A stretch of DNA of 64,000 nt from Balanoglossus misakiensis. Its lineage: Eukaryota > Animalia > Hemichordata. Positions 48,501 to 62,526 of this stretch are shown here, one piece after another (within the stretch, counting starts at the first letter, position 1; each line of letters begins with the position of its first letter). The translations under genes and the position numbers were made by a program. Where the stretch lies: contig CM082593.2 in the NCBI GenBank assembly GCA_040954595.2, positions 8,344,043 to 8,408,042 of the forward strand, written 5' to 3'. The notes under the pieces were generated by a model, which ran no database searches, was not told the DNA's origin, and was given only the letters and a program-made list of their open reading frames with translations.

Positions 48501-51500
48501 AAATAATCAAATATAATCTTATCTTTAACAGAATAAAAAATACAGACTTCCACAAATGTCCCCATTATATAAAATTTCATGAAAATAGGAAACTCTAGAA
48601 TTGATTTCAAAAACAAAGGCAATGTGTAGTGTTGAACCACGAGTTTAGCCCAGAATACACAGGTCTACATGTAGTAAGTTGTACATTCACAAACAGCTGA
48701 AAAATCAATATCACTGAATGACCAGGTTGTCATTACTAGCCATGCAGGTAGAATATTACACTCATTTACGATGTGAGTGTGAATTGTCTAGGGGCCATAT
48801 CTTTCCACCCATTTTTTTTTACCACCACTGGTCAAGGTTCAAACAACACCTTTTTATTTCCAGAGAGACAAACAATCAAGGTGTTGGCCACACCTGACCT
48901 TGCTAATTCTAATAAATAGTCAGTTATTTTCACAGTTATTAAAACCCTTATCAGATTCAAGATGAAAGCTCACTGCTATCATAGTGTACAGTTACAACTA
49001 CCCAGTTGGCCTCTATGTTGACAGATTATGTCGTTCACTTTGCACAGATATATTTTACTCGCGGTAATTTACAGCCAACAATGTCTCTAATTTACAAAAA
49101 TAAAACATTGGAAAATGGATGCCAAATTTAGTTTACAAAATTTATTCTGCAAAAAATGCAATGTCGTCCACAGTACTGGTTAAACCGACTGATGTTTGAA
49201 TTTGGGGGTTGGCATGGGTGACCTGCAAAAGCATGGAGCCATGCGCACGAAGGCTAAATACACGTACACACTCAACAATGAATAATTAAACATTTGTACA
49301 CAATTAAAACTGGGTAATCTTTGCAAAGAGCTTATACTGGCAGCATCTGCTGATACCTTCACGGCAGGATGATGGTCTGAGTGGAGTATGCTTCGCAGAA
49401 TCAAATCTAGGTTACAAATTGAAATCGGTTTAACCGCAATTGGAAACTGTAGCTCTCTTTGTGTGAGTGAGATTCTGACCTTCTTTGTACAACCGTCAAT
49501 GGGTACCAATGTATGTACTACACACACCACTTAAATTATGCTAAATATGTGACAAAGACAACACATTGACAGCTCGTATTCAAGGTAACATATCTATCAA
49601 CAAAATAATGCATAGAAACCGGCAGAGAATCTCCAATGCAGCCTAACTATCCTAAGTATTCAAGCCAGCTGGAGAGAGGTCAACTTGTAATACTCACACA
49701 CACACCAAATAGGAAAATTTCCAACCCACCTTTGTTCACATTCAGCCTGCTAATAACTTGTCAACGCACAAAATTGGCATTGTCTGCATCAGCGCCAACA
49801 AGTTCGACAAATAAACCAGACACACGACAATAAAAATTCCATGAAATCAGGGCCGAGCGAGCTCACCAGAAAAAATATTGACAACAAAACAGAGAAACTG
49901 CCAAGCCGCCGACAAAAGCCTCCAGCAAAGCCGATCGCTCATTAACATAAAAATACGACCTGACATGCTCATTTAAATATGAAGCAGCTATCCAATCAAT
50001 GTGTTATTTATACACTAGTTGAAACCATGCCAAGTAAACCCGCTACTATCGTATCACGCTACTATAGTAAATTTTTGCAGCAATCCTGTATATTTGTATA
50101 CGTATGTCATTCTCAACATCCAAATCTGTCAGAATTTTAAACTAGTTCTGCTCAATACAAACACCAGGACCCCACGCCCTTTTCTATGAAATCGTAAAAC
50201 AATTTCTCGCAAAAAGACAGTGTCCACGTGAAACGTTCAGGGTACACGTATGCATGTCCTACATAGATGGAAATGAATATCAGTGAATGAAAAGTAGATT
50301 ATGTATAAAACAGCTTAACCGCAACCATTAAATATGAAAACATGTCCCACAAGTCCCACCGTTTTCAAAATGCTATGAAAAATTGACAATGTTAAAATGA
50401 GAACGGCAGGTTTTAGAAATGTCCCCAGTGGACGTGATTAACCTTGAAAAAAAAAGTACATCACATAAACAAGAGCGTTGTTCAATTTGATTTGAACATT
50501 ATTTCAACAAGAGCACTTCCCAAATAGCTGCCAATTAATAGAAGCGTAATATGCATAAGTAACACTAGATGTAAGTCGAATTATATAATATTACATAGAC
50601 GTGAATGTAGTCACCTTTTTCATGACTGGCCTCTTCATTATTCGCACTGCTTCCAGAGGACTGGTAGCCAACTGCAAATCAAACAAAACAGACAACCAAC
50701 TTATTTTGTTGCATGTTATCACGGACAACAGGAACGAGACATTACTGGAGTAGTCTGTTATCTGCAGATTGTACACTGTCTTGTAGTCACTATCTGTCCA
50801 ACAGCCCCAGTAGAAATTTCCTAAGCATGTACATGTTGCATGCGGTGTACTAGACTATTAAAACTCTTACATAATGATTCATCTTGGGGAATAATACAGC
50901 GTACACAAAGCCGTTTGCAACTGCTTCAGTCCTTTAAAACAAAGGTAATGGTTTGGATATTGATCTCTCCGGCACATACAATAGTTCAGTAAATTACGCT
51001 GGTGCAACGAAAGCATGGATGTGCGTCTTCGTCACAGTGTGTCTTGGTAGCGTCAGCAATGAAGGCAATTCACAACGCCCAACCTAACCATGTGATACCT
51101 TTGTGGTTGTAATTCGATCTCAAGGTCACTGAAAGGCCAGACAGTCACATGACAGGGCTCTATAGTTGACATCTTCACCATCACACCACATGTAAATGTT
51201 TGGTTGTCTATTACCACTGTCAAAGCATTGTGTGCCCTTTCTATTGAACTGCAGTGTTCAACATGTGACACATCCAATGTTCATTAAACTTATTTCAGGA
51301 CTTGAAAAATGCCACAGACAATTTTAGATAATAATTTATAACACAAACTGGTATAGGGGAAAATTTTCCCTCATAATTGTGCGGCTCACAATCATATTTT
51401 AATGGAAACACCCAATATGAGCATAATAATATCAGAATGTCATTGTATGGACCATGTAATGTTGGCCAATGTCACAGATAGCTGTCAAGAGATGGACTGT

Positions 51501-52460
51501 CCAAACAGTGGATTAACAAAAGCAACTTTCAGACGAGTTCACATGCAATCTTGTCAGACATGGTTTGTCAGTAGGGGGAAATCGACCTTGGTAACAAGTC
51601 TCATGTCTGATGTAAAAAGTGGTACCATTCATTTCAAACTAAAGTTACACTTCCCGTATTTCGTAAAAGCTACAAATTCTAAGAAATTGCTTCCTTTTTA
51701 TCATTATACTGATCATCAGCTTGTAATGAAAATAATTTGTATTCCTTTTAAACCAAATTTGAATTCGTTGGAAATCATTTGACAACAATATTTCAGAGTC
51801 TGTATCTGAGAGTAACAAAATCTATTATTCACATGTTAAATTTAGATATAGAAGTAGTAACTACACATTTCCAACACCACAGTTACTCAACTTGTTTGTC
51901 ATTTTAAATATATAACTAAATAACATGGCCATGGAGTTGGAGTTAAACTATTCAAAATGAAGACACCGGCCAATAACACGTATAGTCAAACTAGGACTAT
52001 TTAATTCATTCCTTTTGATTATCATTTAATTGCTACCTATCACAGAAAATGCATGTATGTATCTTTATACTATTGTATTTGTAAACAAATTCCGTTTGTT
52101 CATGCCACTGGCTGCCTATTTGATGGTTCATCTTGAACAAAAAAAAGAAACCTTTCAAAAGAAATCAAGCATCTTATGCTGATACTATTGTCTAGACATT
52201 TGCCGAGTACCCAACGATTCCAAACTCTCTTCCAGAACCAGGTACATGTAACAAAATGACAACTCAAAAAATCCCTTTCCGTTGATCGAAACCTTCTCTC
52301 GGGTACTTACCATGATTATGGTGAAGAAACTGCCTAAAATAAAACTGCAAGTCTACAGACACATTCACAGTAACTGATAGGCAAGTCCAATGAACATGTG
52401 CGCTACATGCAATTCATCCAGGGAATAGCAGTGATGCGTGAAATCAGAATGTTCATGATT

Positions 52461-52478
52461 TGACACCAGAGGGCGCTC
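52461..52478 (+). promoter_or_regulatory. CTCF-like motif in TET intron
   Basis: tgaCACCAGAGGGCGCT closely matches the CTCF core. Motif evidence only. Confidence 0.45.
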
Positions 52479-53303
52479 ATATCCACCCATTTCTCCATCG
52501 ATGGAGACGAATCCTCAATATGAGCCTATAGGATTACCAGCCATTCAAGAATATTCATCAATTCTCTAAAATCAACTCCTGTAGCAAAATTTCTTGAAAA
52601 CCGAAGGTAAAAGTAAATACATAGTGTCATCACAATTTTTTTGAGATGTGGGACTTTCTTCAGTTTGATGTCTCTGGAATGGATCCCTAAGCACAAGCAC
52701 AATTAGCCAAATTCCAAAGCACAGAAGAAACAGATTCAAATTCAAGACATCAAACATTCAGACCAACAAGATGATATTCCAGTGACATGAGAGTATTCGT
52801 TCAGACCTGCACCAAACTCTAGAATCATCTCAACTGAACTAGCAGCAACTACGCACAAAGTATGAAGTCCACGTCACATCTATGAGTATACATGTACCTA
52901 CACATGCTGACCAAATGCCAAACAGTGTAAACCAAAGTACAAAACGCCATCAAGCAACATGTAGTGCACACATCAACATTTCTTACAGACTAGGTAACTA
53001 CAGAGGAACACCTGTAATTTTCATGGCACCGACCCATGTGATCCTAGTGTCAGTCTCCTGATATAACTTCAAGAGTCAACCCACACTGCATTTTTGAGAC
53101 CAATCCAAAATAGGTCAATAGTAGCTTTTATACAACTACACAAGACTGAGATCAAAGCATTTTTTCCAAAAACTAGCAAACCTACACATTCATGCATCAG
53201 GAATATGACAGAGCCAATGTGTAGAGAGACATACCCAGCAGTTGTCACAAAAAATGTAATTTCTGTCCATGAATTGCTTTTATTTGCATATGTAAAGAAC
53301 TGT

Positions 53304-53812
53304 TACTAATTAGAATTTCTTCTGTCATTTTTCAGGAATGGGTAGAAGCAATGCACTGTGGGAGATAACTACCAATTGTCACAACAATGCTCAGAATATT
53401 TTTTTGTGTTTTTGATTGTTATACATGTACTTGCATACCTATGTGCATCCTGCATAGAATGCATCTCCTGGGACGTTTTTCCCCCCCACAAATATTCAAT
53501 TTGTAAAATCTTTTCAGATCAGTCTTTGCTACATCAAAATTTGTAGTAATCAAACAAAAACTAAGGCCAACAACTGATCATTTTTGGAAACTTGCAAACC
53601 TTTCAATTTGTTTCTGAAATTAGGTACAGCTTTATTTGCTAATACAAGTACCGGTACTAATTAGAATTTCTTCTGTCATTTTTCAGGAATGGGTAGAAGC
53701 AATGCACTGTGGGAGATAACTACTGATTGCACAAGAATGCTCACAAAATTTGTTATTTTTTCATTGCTAATCTTGTATATCCTTGATGTACTTCCTGCAT
53801 AGAATGCATCTC
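53304..53812. repeat. Direct duplication, ~352-bp spacing
   Basis: tactaattagaatttcttctgtcatttttcaggaatgggtagaagcaatgcactgtgggagataactac occurs at ~53304 and ~53656. Confidence 0.85.
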
Positions 53813-53821
53813 ATTGTAGTT

Positions 53822-54118
53822 CCAGAGAGTCTGGGATAATACCATAGAAAAATCTCTGGGCAAAGATGGCCGACTCGAGGCAAAAGGGATGCATGATGGG
53901 TTGACATCATTTGATATTATGATATGATGATATTACAGTAGATAACTATTTACCAAACTTCTCTCTCTTCAATTTATAGACAGTTTCAGCAGGTTCAGCA
54001 TTTCTCAGCATGTTTTTTTTATGTTTGAGGCTGCAACCATCATGCATCACTTTTGCCTCGAGTCGGCCATCTTTGCCCAGAGATTTTTCTATAGTATTTC
54101 CCCAGACCCTCTTTCTGG
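53822..54118. mobile_element. Palindromic MITE with ~80-bp inverted arms
   Basis: atagaaaaatctctgggcaaagatggccgactcgaggcaaaag and its reverse complement flank a spacer. Confidence 0.82.
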
Positions 54119-54454
54119 AGTGCCCAACGGAAGAAGTATAGGGGTCTAGGTAACCGAGACTAATGTCTTATTTGAGACACACATCCCATCTCAAGAGACA
54201 TGTACAGGTTCAGTGCTATCACCATATTACCTAAATTGTATGAGTGATAAAACCTTAAACATTTGTGTCCATACTTTGCAAAGGTATTAAATTCCAATTA
54301 AAACAACTTGTTTGTCATATAACATTCATGATTTTCAACTAAACAAAATGTCTACTTCTTCGTTCGTACAAGAATGAACCCTGAACACTGATTTTTGAAT
54401 CTCTCACATTTCAAAATAAATGTTTTTGTCATTCCAAGAAAATGTTGACTTTAC

Positions 54455-55177
54455 CTTTTTCTTCAATTCCAGACACTTTCTCAGTTTACATATTTGGTGA
54501 CCAGTTCGTCGATTTCTACAGCTCGAACACTCTCCACAGTTGGTCTTCGTCAGACACGGTTCGCACGCTCCACACCGCTTTCGTTTCTTCTTCTTCAGCG
54601 ATTGCTGATTTTGCAGCGATGCGCTCGGACTGATCGGAGCCGAGTTGGAGTTGCCGTAGGAGGCGTCGCTGTGAGTAGGTGATGTGATTTGACCCTCGGA
54701 TGTGGTCGGGGAACTCATGCCGCTTGCCGGAATCTCCACTTTCATCGGGTAGTTGTGCTGGCCAGACGCCACCCCTCCGTCGATCTTGTTCTCGTCGACC
54801 TCTGCCATCTGCGACGATTTTCCATCCATCAAACTCTTGGCAAGTACCGAGGACATCTTCTCAAAACTATCTTTCTGAGTCCCTCCTGGTTTCTTCTGGG
54901 GCGCAATCTCGTCACATTGGTCCATATTGTTATTCCACGCATACACCTTCTCAATGGACTGGCTGATTTGATTTTTTCTCTTGCGCTCATCATCATGGCC
55001 TTTTCTCTGATTGGCTAATGACTGTTTGTTATACGCATAGCCAGGTGTGTCTCTCTCTGCATTCTCTCCCAAATGGTCATCACCATTCATGGCTTTGTCT
55101 TCAACCTGTTGTTTCATCTTGGCATCGTCCAGTAAAGTCTTGCGTATCAGAGCTTCAACGATACTCCCAGAGGTCAT
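54455..55177 (-). CDS. TET: TET methylcytosine dioxygenase, coding exon 1 (CXXC zinc finger)
   Basis: Acceptor at 55222-55224, with an in-frame TAG upstream of the ATG at 55177. Encodes [13 protein letters not shown]...[22 protein letters not shown]. The phase-0 GTAAAG donor is compatible with the next exon. Confidence 0.88.
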
Positions 55178-56094
55178 TTGAATATCACATTGACAACTCT
55201 ATGATGATGAAACACTCAGATCTGCAAAAATGAAAAAAAAAAATAGTTATTGCAAAAATGCAGTTTTCATTTGTAAGCATCTTAACACTAATTTGATCAT
55301 TTTCTTAAAATACCAAAAAGACATGATTATAATATCTTACTCTCAAAATCTGGCATGGGATTTTTAATATGTTATTTGGCGCAAAAATTAAGTGCAAACT
55401 ACCATATCATTTTCTACTTCTGCATTTGTTTGGCTGTGAAAAATTTGGTCTATATGATGGGTAATCACATCTTAAAAATATGTTCTAGTTTTATAATGAG
55501 AAAGCATTTATAAAAGCCCCAATAGCTGCCACTTTTAGTGTGTTTTTAATGGATAAAATATTTCTATCTTCTCCTCGTCTTCAAGGATGTAAGCGTGGAA
55601 CGTAAACCAGTAAACCGCGCAAATTTATCTCTTTCCCGTAGGATTACATGGAGAACTGCCAGAAAACTCACTTTTACTATATTTTCACAAAATTTTACAC
55701 ATAGCTCGGTCAACTAAAAATCAATTCATTGGTCAAATAAAATCATATGGTCATCACGCATTATTTTTGAGATAAAACTTCGCTAAAGGTTTTGCCCATA
55801 GACAAACCACTGGCAAAAAATGCTGACTCTCAGCTGTTTTCTTCATTATTGACTGAATTCACAGCTATTTTATTTTCAAAAACAAGCACGGTGACCCCTA
55901 TATCACAGAATTTTATTAGGCTTGCAAAGAAGAAACCAAAAATTCACAATTAACAGAAATGACAACACTGATCATACATAGTCAACAATAAAGGACATTT
56001 TGAATTTGTGGAGATGATCATAGCCATGTGCACAGTTGTATACTTTTGCAATGGGCTGCTGGATAAATGGGTGTGGCACCCGTTTATTATTTAA

Positions 56095-56472
56095 GGATGT
56101 ACGTGCAGAACATAAAATGGAAAAGGTTTACATTGATAATCGCTAGAAAACAAACTTCTTCTATTGTCATTTTCACGAAATTTCACACAATGCTCATTCC
56201 AGTAAATATAAATTCATTGGTTAAATAAAATTGCGTGGTCACCGTCCGCGCTCTATTTTGGGATAAATTTTGTTAAAATATTTGTCCATAGACAAACCAT
56301 TGGTGAAAAATGCTGAGTCAGCAGTTTTCTTCTATTTTCGACTAAATTCATGGCTCTATATTTCATAAACAAGTGCGGTAAACCCTGTATTTAATCACAG
56401 ATTTTCATTATACATACACAGGATAATCCAAAAATCGAAAATTAAAAAAAAAATGACACCGAATATACATCC
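56095..56472. mobile_element. TTAA-flanked MITE, with a diverged tandem copy at ~55585-55975
   Basis: TTAA-GGATGTA...TACATCC-TTAA. Internal blocks (catagacaaacca, aaaatgctga, atcacaga) recur about 490 nt upstream. Confidence 0.72.
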
Positions 56473-56961
56473 TTAAATTAATGTTCATATACTATAATAA
56501 TTACTATATATATTTGTACGGCCACAATCAGAGGTTGATAATATGTTTGATTACCCATCAGTTGGCGCATTAAAGGCACCATTCTCAAAATTTGAAAGTA
56601 AAATCATGAAAAGAATTGCAAAATGATCGCACCCATTGGGGCTATCAATTGACAAACAAGCATCACTGCCCAAAAGAAGAAATATTCAAGAACTTCTTGT
56701 AGACTATTCACAACTCACTAAAAGAGGGACTGATAACAAAGCAACAAGTTGCCATGGAAATACATTTGACCTGTATTTTTTTTTTCTGTTTTCATGAATT
56801 TTATCACCACAAATTCAGTTCAGGAATGATACATTTTTATGCGGCATAAAGACTGTATTTTTGGGGAGGGAGAAGGTTGTTTTCAATAAAGTTATCTTTT
56901 TTTATAAAAAATAACATGAATTGTCTATGTGGTTTTGTTATGGGAGTGTGCTCTATGTAAT

Positions 56962-57100
56962 GTGTTCTCCCCAGAAGAATTAATTTAAAGAGTATCGGCC
57001 TTTATTTTGGAGAAAACAATAGAAACTCATTATCCTAACAATTGATTACATTGTTATGCAAATTATCAGATACTCTATCAGCAATTCCTGGGGAGAACAC
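56962..57100. mobile_element. Small MITE with 13-bp TIRs
   Basis: gtgttctccccag...ctggggagaacac. Confidence 0.6.
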
Positions 57101-58199
57101 TCAGGTATGTTGAAGAATGTGATAATTTTACTATGTCCTCTAATCTAAGCCTACATGATCACCATGGAGACAGTGTATCCTCCGGGCTCAAGTTCACATG
57201 ACACTATCACATGAGTGATGGAGCATGCCCTCTATATCTCACATCTCCTGAACACATTACATCTACATGGATATCCTGAAGCTTCAATCATCATTGCTAA
57301 ATTGCGGAAAACTAAATTCTCGCCAGGAGTGGATTCATTTGTCATCAGTAGCAATGGTTAGATGCCACATATAGAATGAATATATTTGCATGCTGTAAGT
57401 GTAAGGAGTAGCAAAAGAAATTGAATTTGTTTTCATTCTTATCTTTATAAACATTACAATTCGTGGAAGTTAATATGACATGACATGCCATGGACTGGGG
57501 TTGAATTTGCGATATGTCTGCTCCTCATTGTCAAGATGGTGAATACCGCCCTCTATCGGCAAGATTACAAGTTTTCGCTGAGCTGGCTAGCTCGCCAACT
57601 CTCGGTGAAGCACAAGAATGCATGATACAGCAGAGACCAAAACTATCTGGCAAAATTTGTAATAAATTCAATCTTTTGGGGGGAATCGCCTTGATTTTAT
57701 GGCAATATCACTCATTATCATTAAAATATCTACCTTACAGTGGCCACAAAGGACAGGTCAGTGAGAAAACAGTTCTTTTCTTCAGTTATCATCAAAACTT
57801 GAAACCGACTTTCAACTTTGCAAACATTATACGGTTGTCTAATTTTATCTCATTTATAAAATGATAACAGCCTGTTTTTCTACAGTAAAACAACTGAACA
57901 CAACGTCTTTTTACTAACAAACCATGTTTTGTTTTGTTGACTAAAAGCATATACAATGATCCAACTTTATCAGCATAAACTTTTGTGGGATTTTGTTTAT
58001 TTTGTGAGAGGAAATGGTCTTTCTTATAATTTTCAAAGTTGTGACTGCAAATCTGGAATAATATGGCTGAACCAAATACAATTTTTACTATTTTTCACGA
58101 AAGATACCAACCCAGTAGTTAGCGTCTTTTCCCCCACCTTGGCTCAATTAAAGCACTACGGCACCATTTAGCAGAAATGTGACGCAAACGTGTGCCTTT

Positions 58200-61100
58200 G
58201 ACAATCGCCTCCATCAGACACTGCGAATTTCAAACATGCATCCCACATATCGCTTGTTGAAAACATAAAAGAGAATGAAAAACGTTACACCTATGGCGCC
58301 CGCATCATCGCGTCAGTTCCCCGTTAAAAAAAAAACGCGATATATTTTGCCATATATATTTATTTTGATACTCGGGTAAGTCGAGTCGAATGGACGACTC
58401 GCCGCTGGCAGTCTATGTGATTATTATTTAACGAGACTGGCCCCAACGTCCGCCGTCTCCAAACGCAATTAATCAGACTGCGACGCGCGAAAAGCCGCCC
58501 TACAAAAGACCGCATACATATATATCTGATAAGGTTGCCTATTATAAGCGTCGCCTGTACTCGATCGGACATAAAAGAGACAACGAACGGCACGTACTGC
58601 ATTGCCAATACTCAGCAGCTGGCTATATTATCGCTAAGTAAAAGGATCAGTTTTGGGTGCGTGTACAACCGCCTTACCACGTCTATCGCCTTTATTTGCA
58701 TCTAGATAATTGGCGCTTATTCAAATCACGCTCTGTAACGACCTAAATAACCCGCGTTAAACGCTACGACGTGAATTGCAAATTGAATGGACGGTATTGT
58801 TATTCCCAAGCACGCAACACCCCCTTCTCATAAATAGTGTTTTGCAGAGGCATCGCTGGGCATGCACTCACGCGTCGCAACGCATTTCACCTACCGCAAA
58901 CTCGGCACTGTCAATCTTAGTGTTACGGCGGCAGTATGAGAGGGGGACGTGTCAATCCCCTACCCTCTGACTGTCCCTGACTACGAGTCTGAGCAAATCT
59001 ACTTGAGACTCGCAATTTCAGGGAAAGCAATACGAGCGCGCAATTCACAGTCAGCCAAACGAGGAAATGCCATCTAGGATAATATGGGATAGAGTTTTGA
59101 ACGGGTTAATCCCTTAAAATGAAAGAAACCCCTAAGCCGTGAATCGTGGCAACGCGTTCGCGATTGCTTTGAGTGCGGCTTGTAAAGTGAGCGGCAACTC
59201 AAAAAACTGTCACGCAAGCACAGCGCGGCGCGGCGGCCAAGCTTTTCAGACGCGGCATCTACTGTAGAGCGTTGCGGTATTGATTTAGTTTACGACGTCA
59301 CCGCCATAAATTGATCTATTTAAGTGTGAATGGTTTAGAAATAAGTACGATGCCAAGCTTTCAGCCTATTTGGACAGGAAACGCCAGTAACTGTCAGCGG
59401 TGACATCGTTAAAATACGTCTCCAGTGGGACGTACCCGCCAATTCTACATAGCCTGGGTGGCTCATTACTGACGCTTTTTTATCGAACGCAATCCCTACT
59501 TTCGCAGAAGCACTAAAACGATATTGTGCGCATCGTTTAAAAATGTGGATTTTCGTCTCGGCAAAACAGCTGAATATTGTCGCAACGCAGAAGGAAGAAA
59601 TCGTGAACATGTTGTACATATTAAATTTAATCTCCGTTCTGGTTTCCGGTCTTTTGCTGCACGGCATCACGTTTTGCCGAAAACTCGCGACGATTTCCTT
59701 TCAACAAACAAATATATACATTTTCATTTCGAACTGAACGAAAAAAAAATACAATTTTTGCAATCAAATCCAACACGAATTTGTCAGAGCTGATTAACCG
59801 CCCGAGTTAAAAAAATCTTGGTGTCGTGTACATATATACGAACTCATAATGTCTGGGGCACTAGATCCGTGAACGCACGCACAATTAACGCAACGGCGCG
59901 ACGCGGCGTGGCCGGCTTGACTATCGTCCAAGAAATTAACTCAATAGAGGCGACTGAAAACAGCGTATGGGGACGAGCCGTGTGAGAAAACAACAGGGAG
60001 AGAAATTATCGAACGAGTCCTTTGTGAACGGTTTAGTGTGAGCTAGCGTCGCGGCTATTTATTTCCTTCAATTGAATTGAATGAAAAGAACGAGACTAAC
60101 TGTACAATTTATGCAAACGAGCTACATGAGATAGGCAGACGGCCGTGGCATACACCACGCACCGGAAGGGTAAAGTGCTTTACATCAAACACGCCGACAA
60201 ATACTATCGTTCCTTTGAAAAGCCCATTTCTCCGTCAAATTCACACGTACCGACGATCTGCTCACTCAATCACAAATTTGAGAAAACGGGCAACCCTTAA
60301 AATCGTAGTCGATCGCGGTAGAACGGCGTTTTTTGAGTGAAAAATCTATGTAAAAGACGCAATTTTTGAAAAATAAAAGAGTGTGTACATATGAGCGAGC
60401 TTTTAGAGTGGAATGACCGGTCCACGCTTTTAACAGTCGCCCGTCGTCTGTGAGCTCTAAAACTTGGACGCAAATACCGTCACAATGGAAAATATCAAAT
60501 AAATCATAACAAGATAATTCGGAAAAAACATACCTGTTAATAAAATAGGCTAAAAGCCACGGGAATTGACAGTTTTCAGACGCAAAACAACGCACTCGTC
60601 AGCTCGCCTGCGTAAAGCCAGCCGGACAGACACGTTCATATGCAAATCACCTTCCCGCTCAAATAAACTGTACTCATTATGTAAACTGGATTGTGATTGG
60701 TCAGACTCGGAAAGTAGTTGTGTGAAGTAAGCTGATAGTCACGCACGTCTGCACTGCGCAACATCACTTCACACGACGCCAACGTCCACTAAGCCAGCTC
60801 AAATTACCGCGTCGAAAGACTTTCCGCAAATGAATCTGTAGGGAAGTAGGCCTCCCTAATCGACATCAATTTTACTGCCGGCACGCGAATTCTCGTGGGA
60901 TGATGAAGAAATACCGAATGTAATTCGCATCAGAAGATTACCGCGTAACGCTCTTTTAACAACCGAGCGAACGTATTTTCATAAAAAGCGAGAGAAAATG
61001 CAACCCATAGGACTTTGACAAGGGGAGGTTTCTAACCGCCCTGACCTTCCACAAAGCGGGTTAGACGATTCCAAGGGTTTTGTTGACCTTATATTTCGTT

Positions 61101-62400
61101 CAAACATGAAAACTAACGCCTCCGACATACGTGTTTTGTTTGCGGTCAAGCTTTGTCGACGTCGTTTTTCAGTTTTGTCAAAGCTTGGCCCGAGCTCGCT
61201 CACGTCACGGGACATGGGATTCAGACAAGACAGACAACGTCTGTAGATTTCTGACTGTCGTACCGTCGGTTTTAAAATATTAAAACATCCGGGATAAAGC
61301 GTGTCCGATTTTGCTATCACGTCTCACAAGTAGACGGTTCTGTGTCGTCACGAACGGAAACAAGATAAGGCAGTGCGTTATGGATAGCATTGATAAAGAG
61401 TAATCGCGTACGTCCCGTATCACATACCAACAGCGATCACGCGTGGTTCTGATAGCGGTGTAGAGATTAAAATAGCCCGTTCTCTCGACTGCGCCCATTC
61501 ACAACGATGCATGACGTTCTTATCATCACTGATAATTCTGCCAAAGGCCGTATTTTCATCGATGTGAAATTTTGCTGTAAATCTTCCGACTGGGATCGCG
61601 CCTTGTCTATCACCCGATTTTTTAAAAATTTCATTCTACTGAATTTATAGGCCTATATTATGCTCAAATATTGGAGTAGGCTAGGCCTGGATCTATACAC
61701 ACACTGCATTCAAAATTCGGAGCACATGCCCACGACGCACTCAACGCTTTAGTTTAACGGCACGACAATAACACTAGACGCTTTGATCAGTGAGGCATGT
61801 ACGCAAATCGAGATATGGCGCGACCGAACGTATCAACCGTACCCCCTTGTTGTCTGCAGATGGAACCTTGATATATGGAACGGCTTAAAATAATGGGGTA
61901 CCCCCGCCAAGGACAAAAAAACACGAAGACGCGACTAATGGGGCCCGGCAACCGACAACGTAGAGCCAGCCCTGCGGTTCAATTGCTCCCTTGACCCCGA
62001 AGACGCGTAAACTGAATCGCCCACACGCTGCTCTGCTCAGACAATCTACGCTGGAAATTCAATAGTTCTTTAGTAACCGCGTCACGTACTCGACGTATTT
62101 TAAGCGTGCATATCATTTGTAGTCGTACCGATAAAACGTTCGCGCGAAAGGAAGGGCGGTAACTTATTACAGCAACCGACGATGATTTCACCAAACACTG
62201 ATTCCTTCTGGTGTCAAACGTCAACGCCTTTCCCCCTTGAAGGCGAGGCCTATTCATTGCTCTGTGGCTTGAGGATGAAAACCCAAACATTTTCTGGATC
62301 GCTAGATAGACCGTGTCGGTGACGTTGCTATGCAAGGGTAGGCTATGTCGAGTGGCAAGTGAGAAGAAAATGTTCCCCACAATAACAACACGCACCCACC
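58200..62400 (-). promoter_or_regulatory. CpG-rich region upstream of TET; candidate promoter and non-coding first exon
   Basis: CpG density is visibly much higher than in the TET introns. Minus-strand donor cag/GTATGT at 60533, with an octamer ATGCAAAT (~60640) and a CCAAT box (~60696) nearby. Confidence 0.55.
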
Positions 62401-62476
62401 CACGCACACACACACGCAAGCAAGCAAGCATGAACGCAGTGGACGTGTGCCCATGTATTCATGTAGACCTATACAC

Positions 62477-62526
62477 ATACATACATACATACATACATAC
62501 ATACATACATACATACATACATACAT
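62477..62526. repeat. (ATAC)n microsatellite
   Basis: Direct reading of the sequence. Confidence 0.95.
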
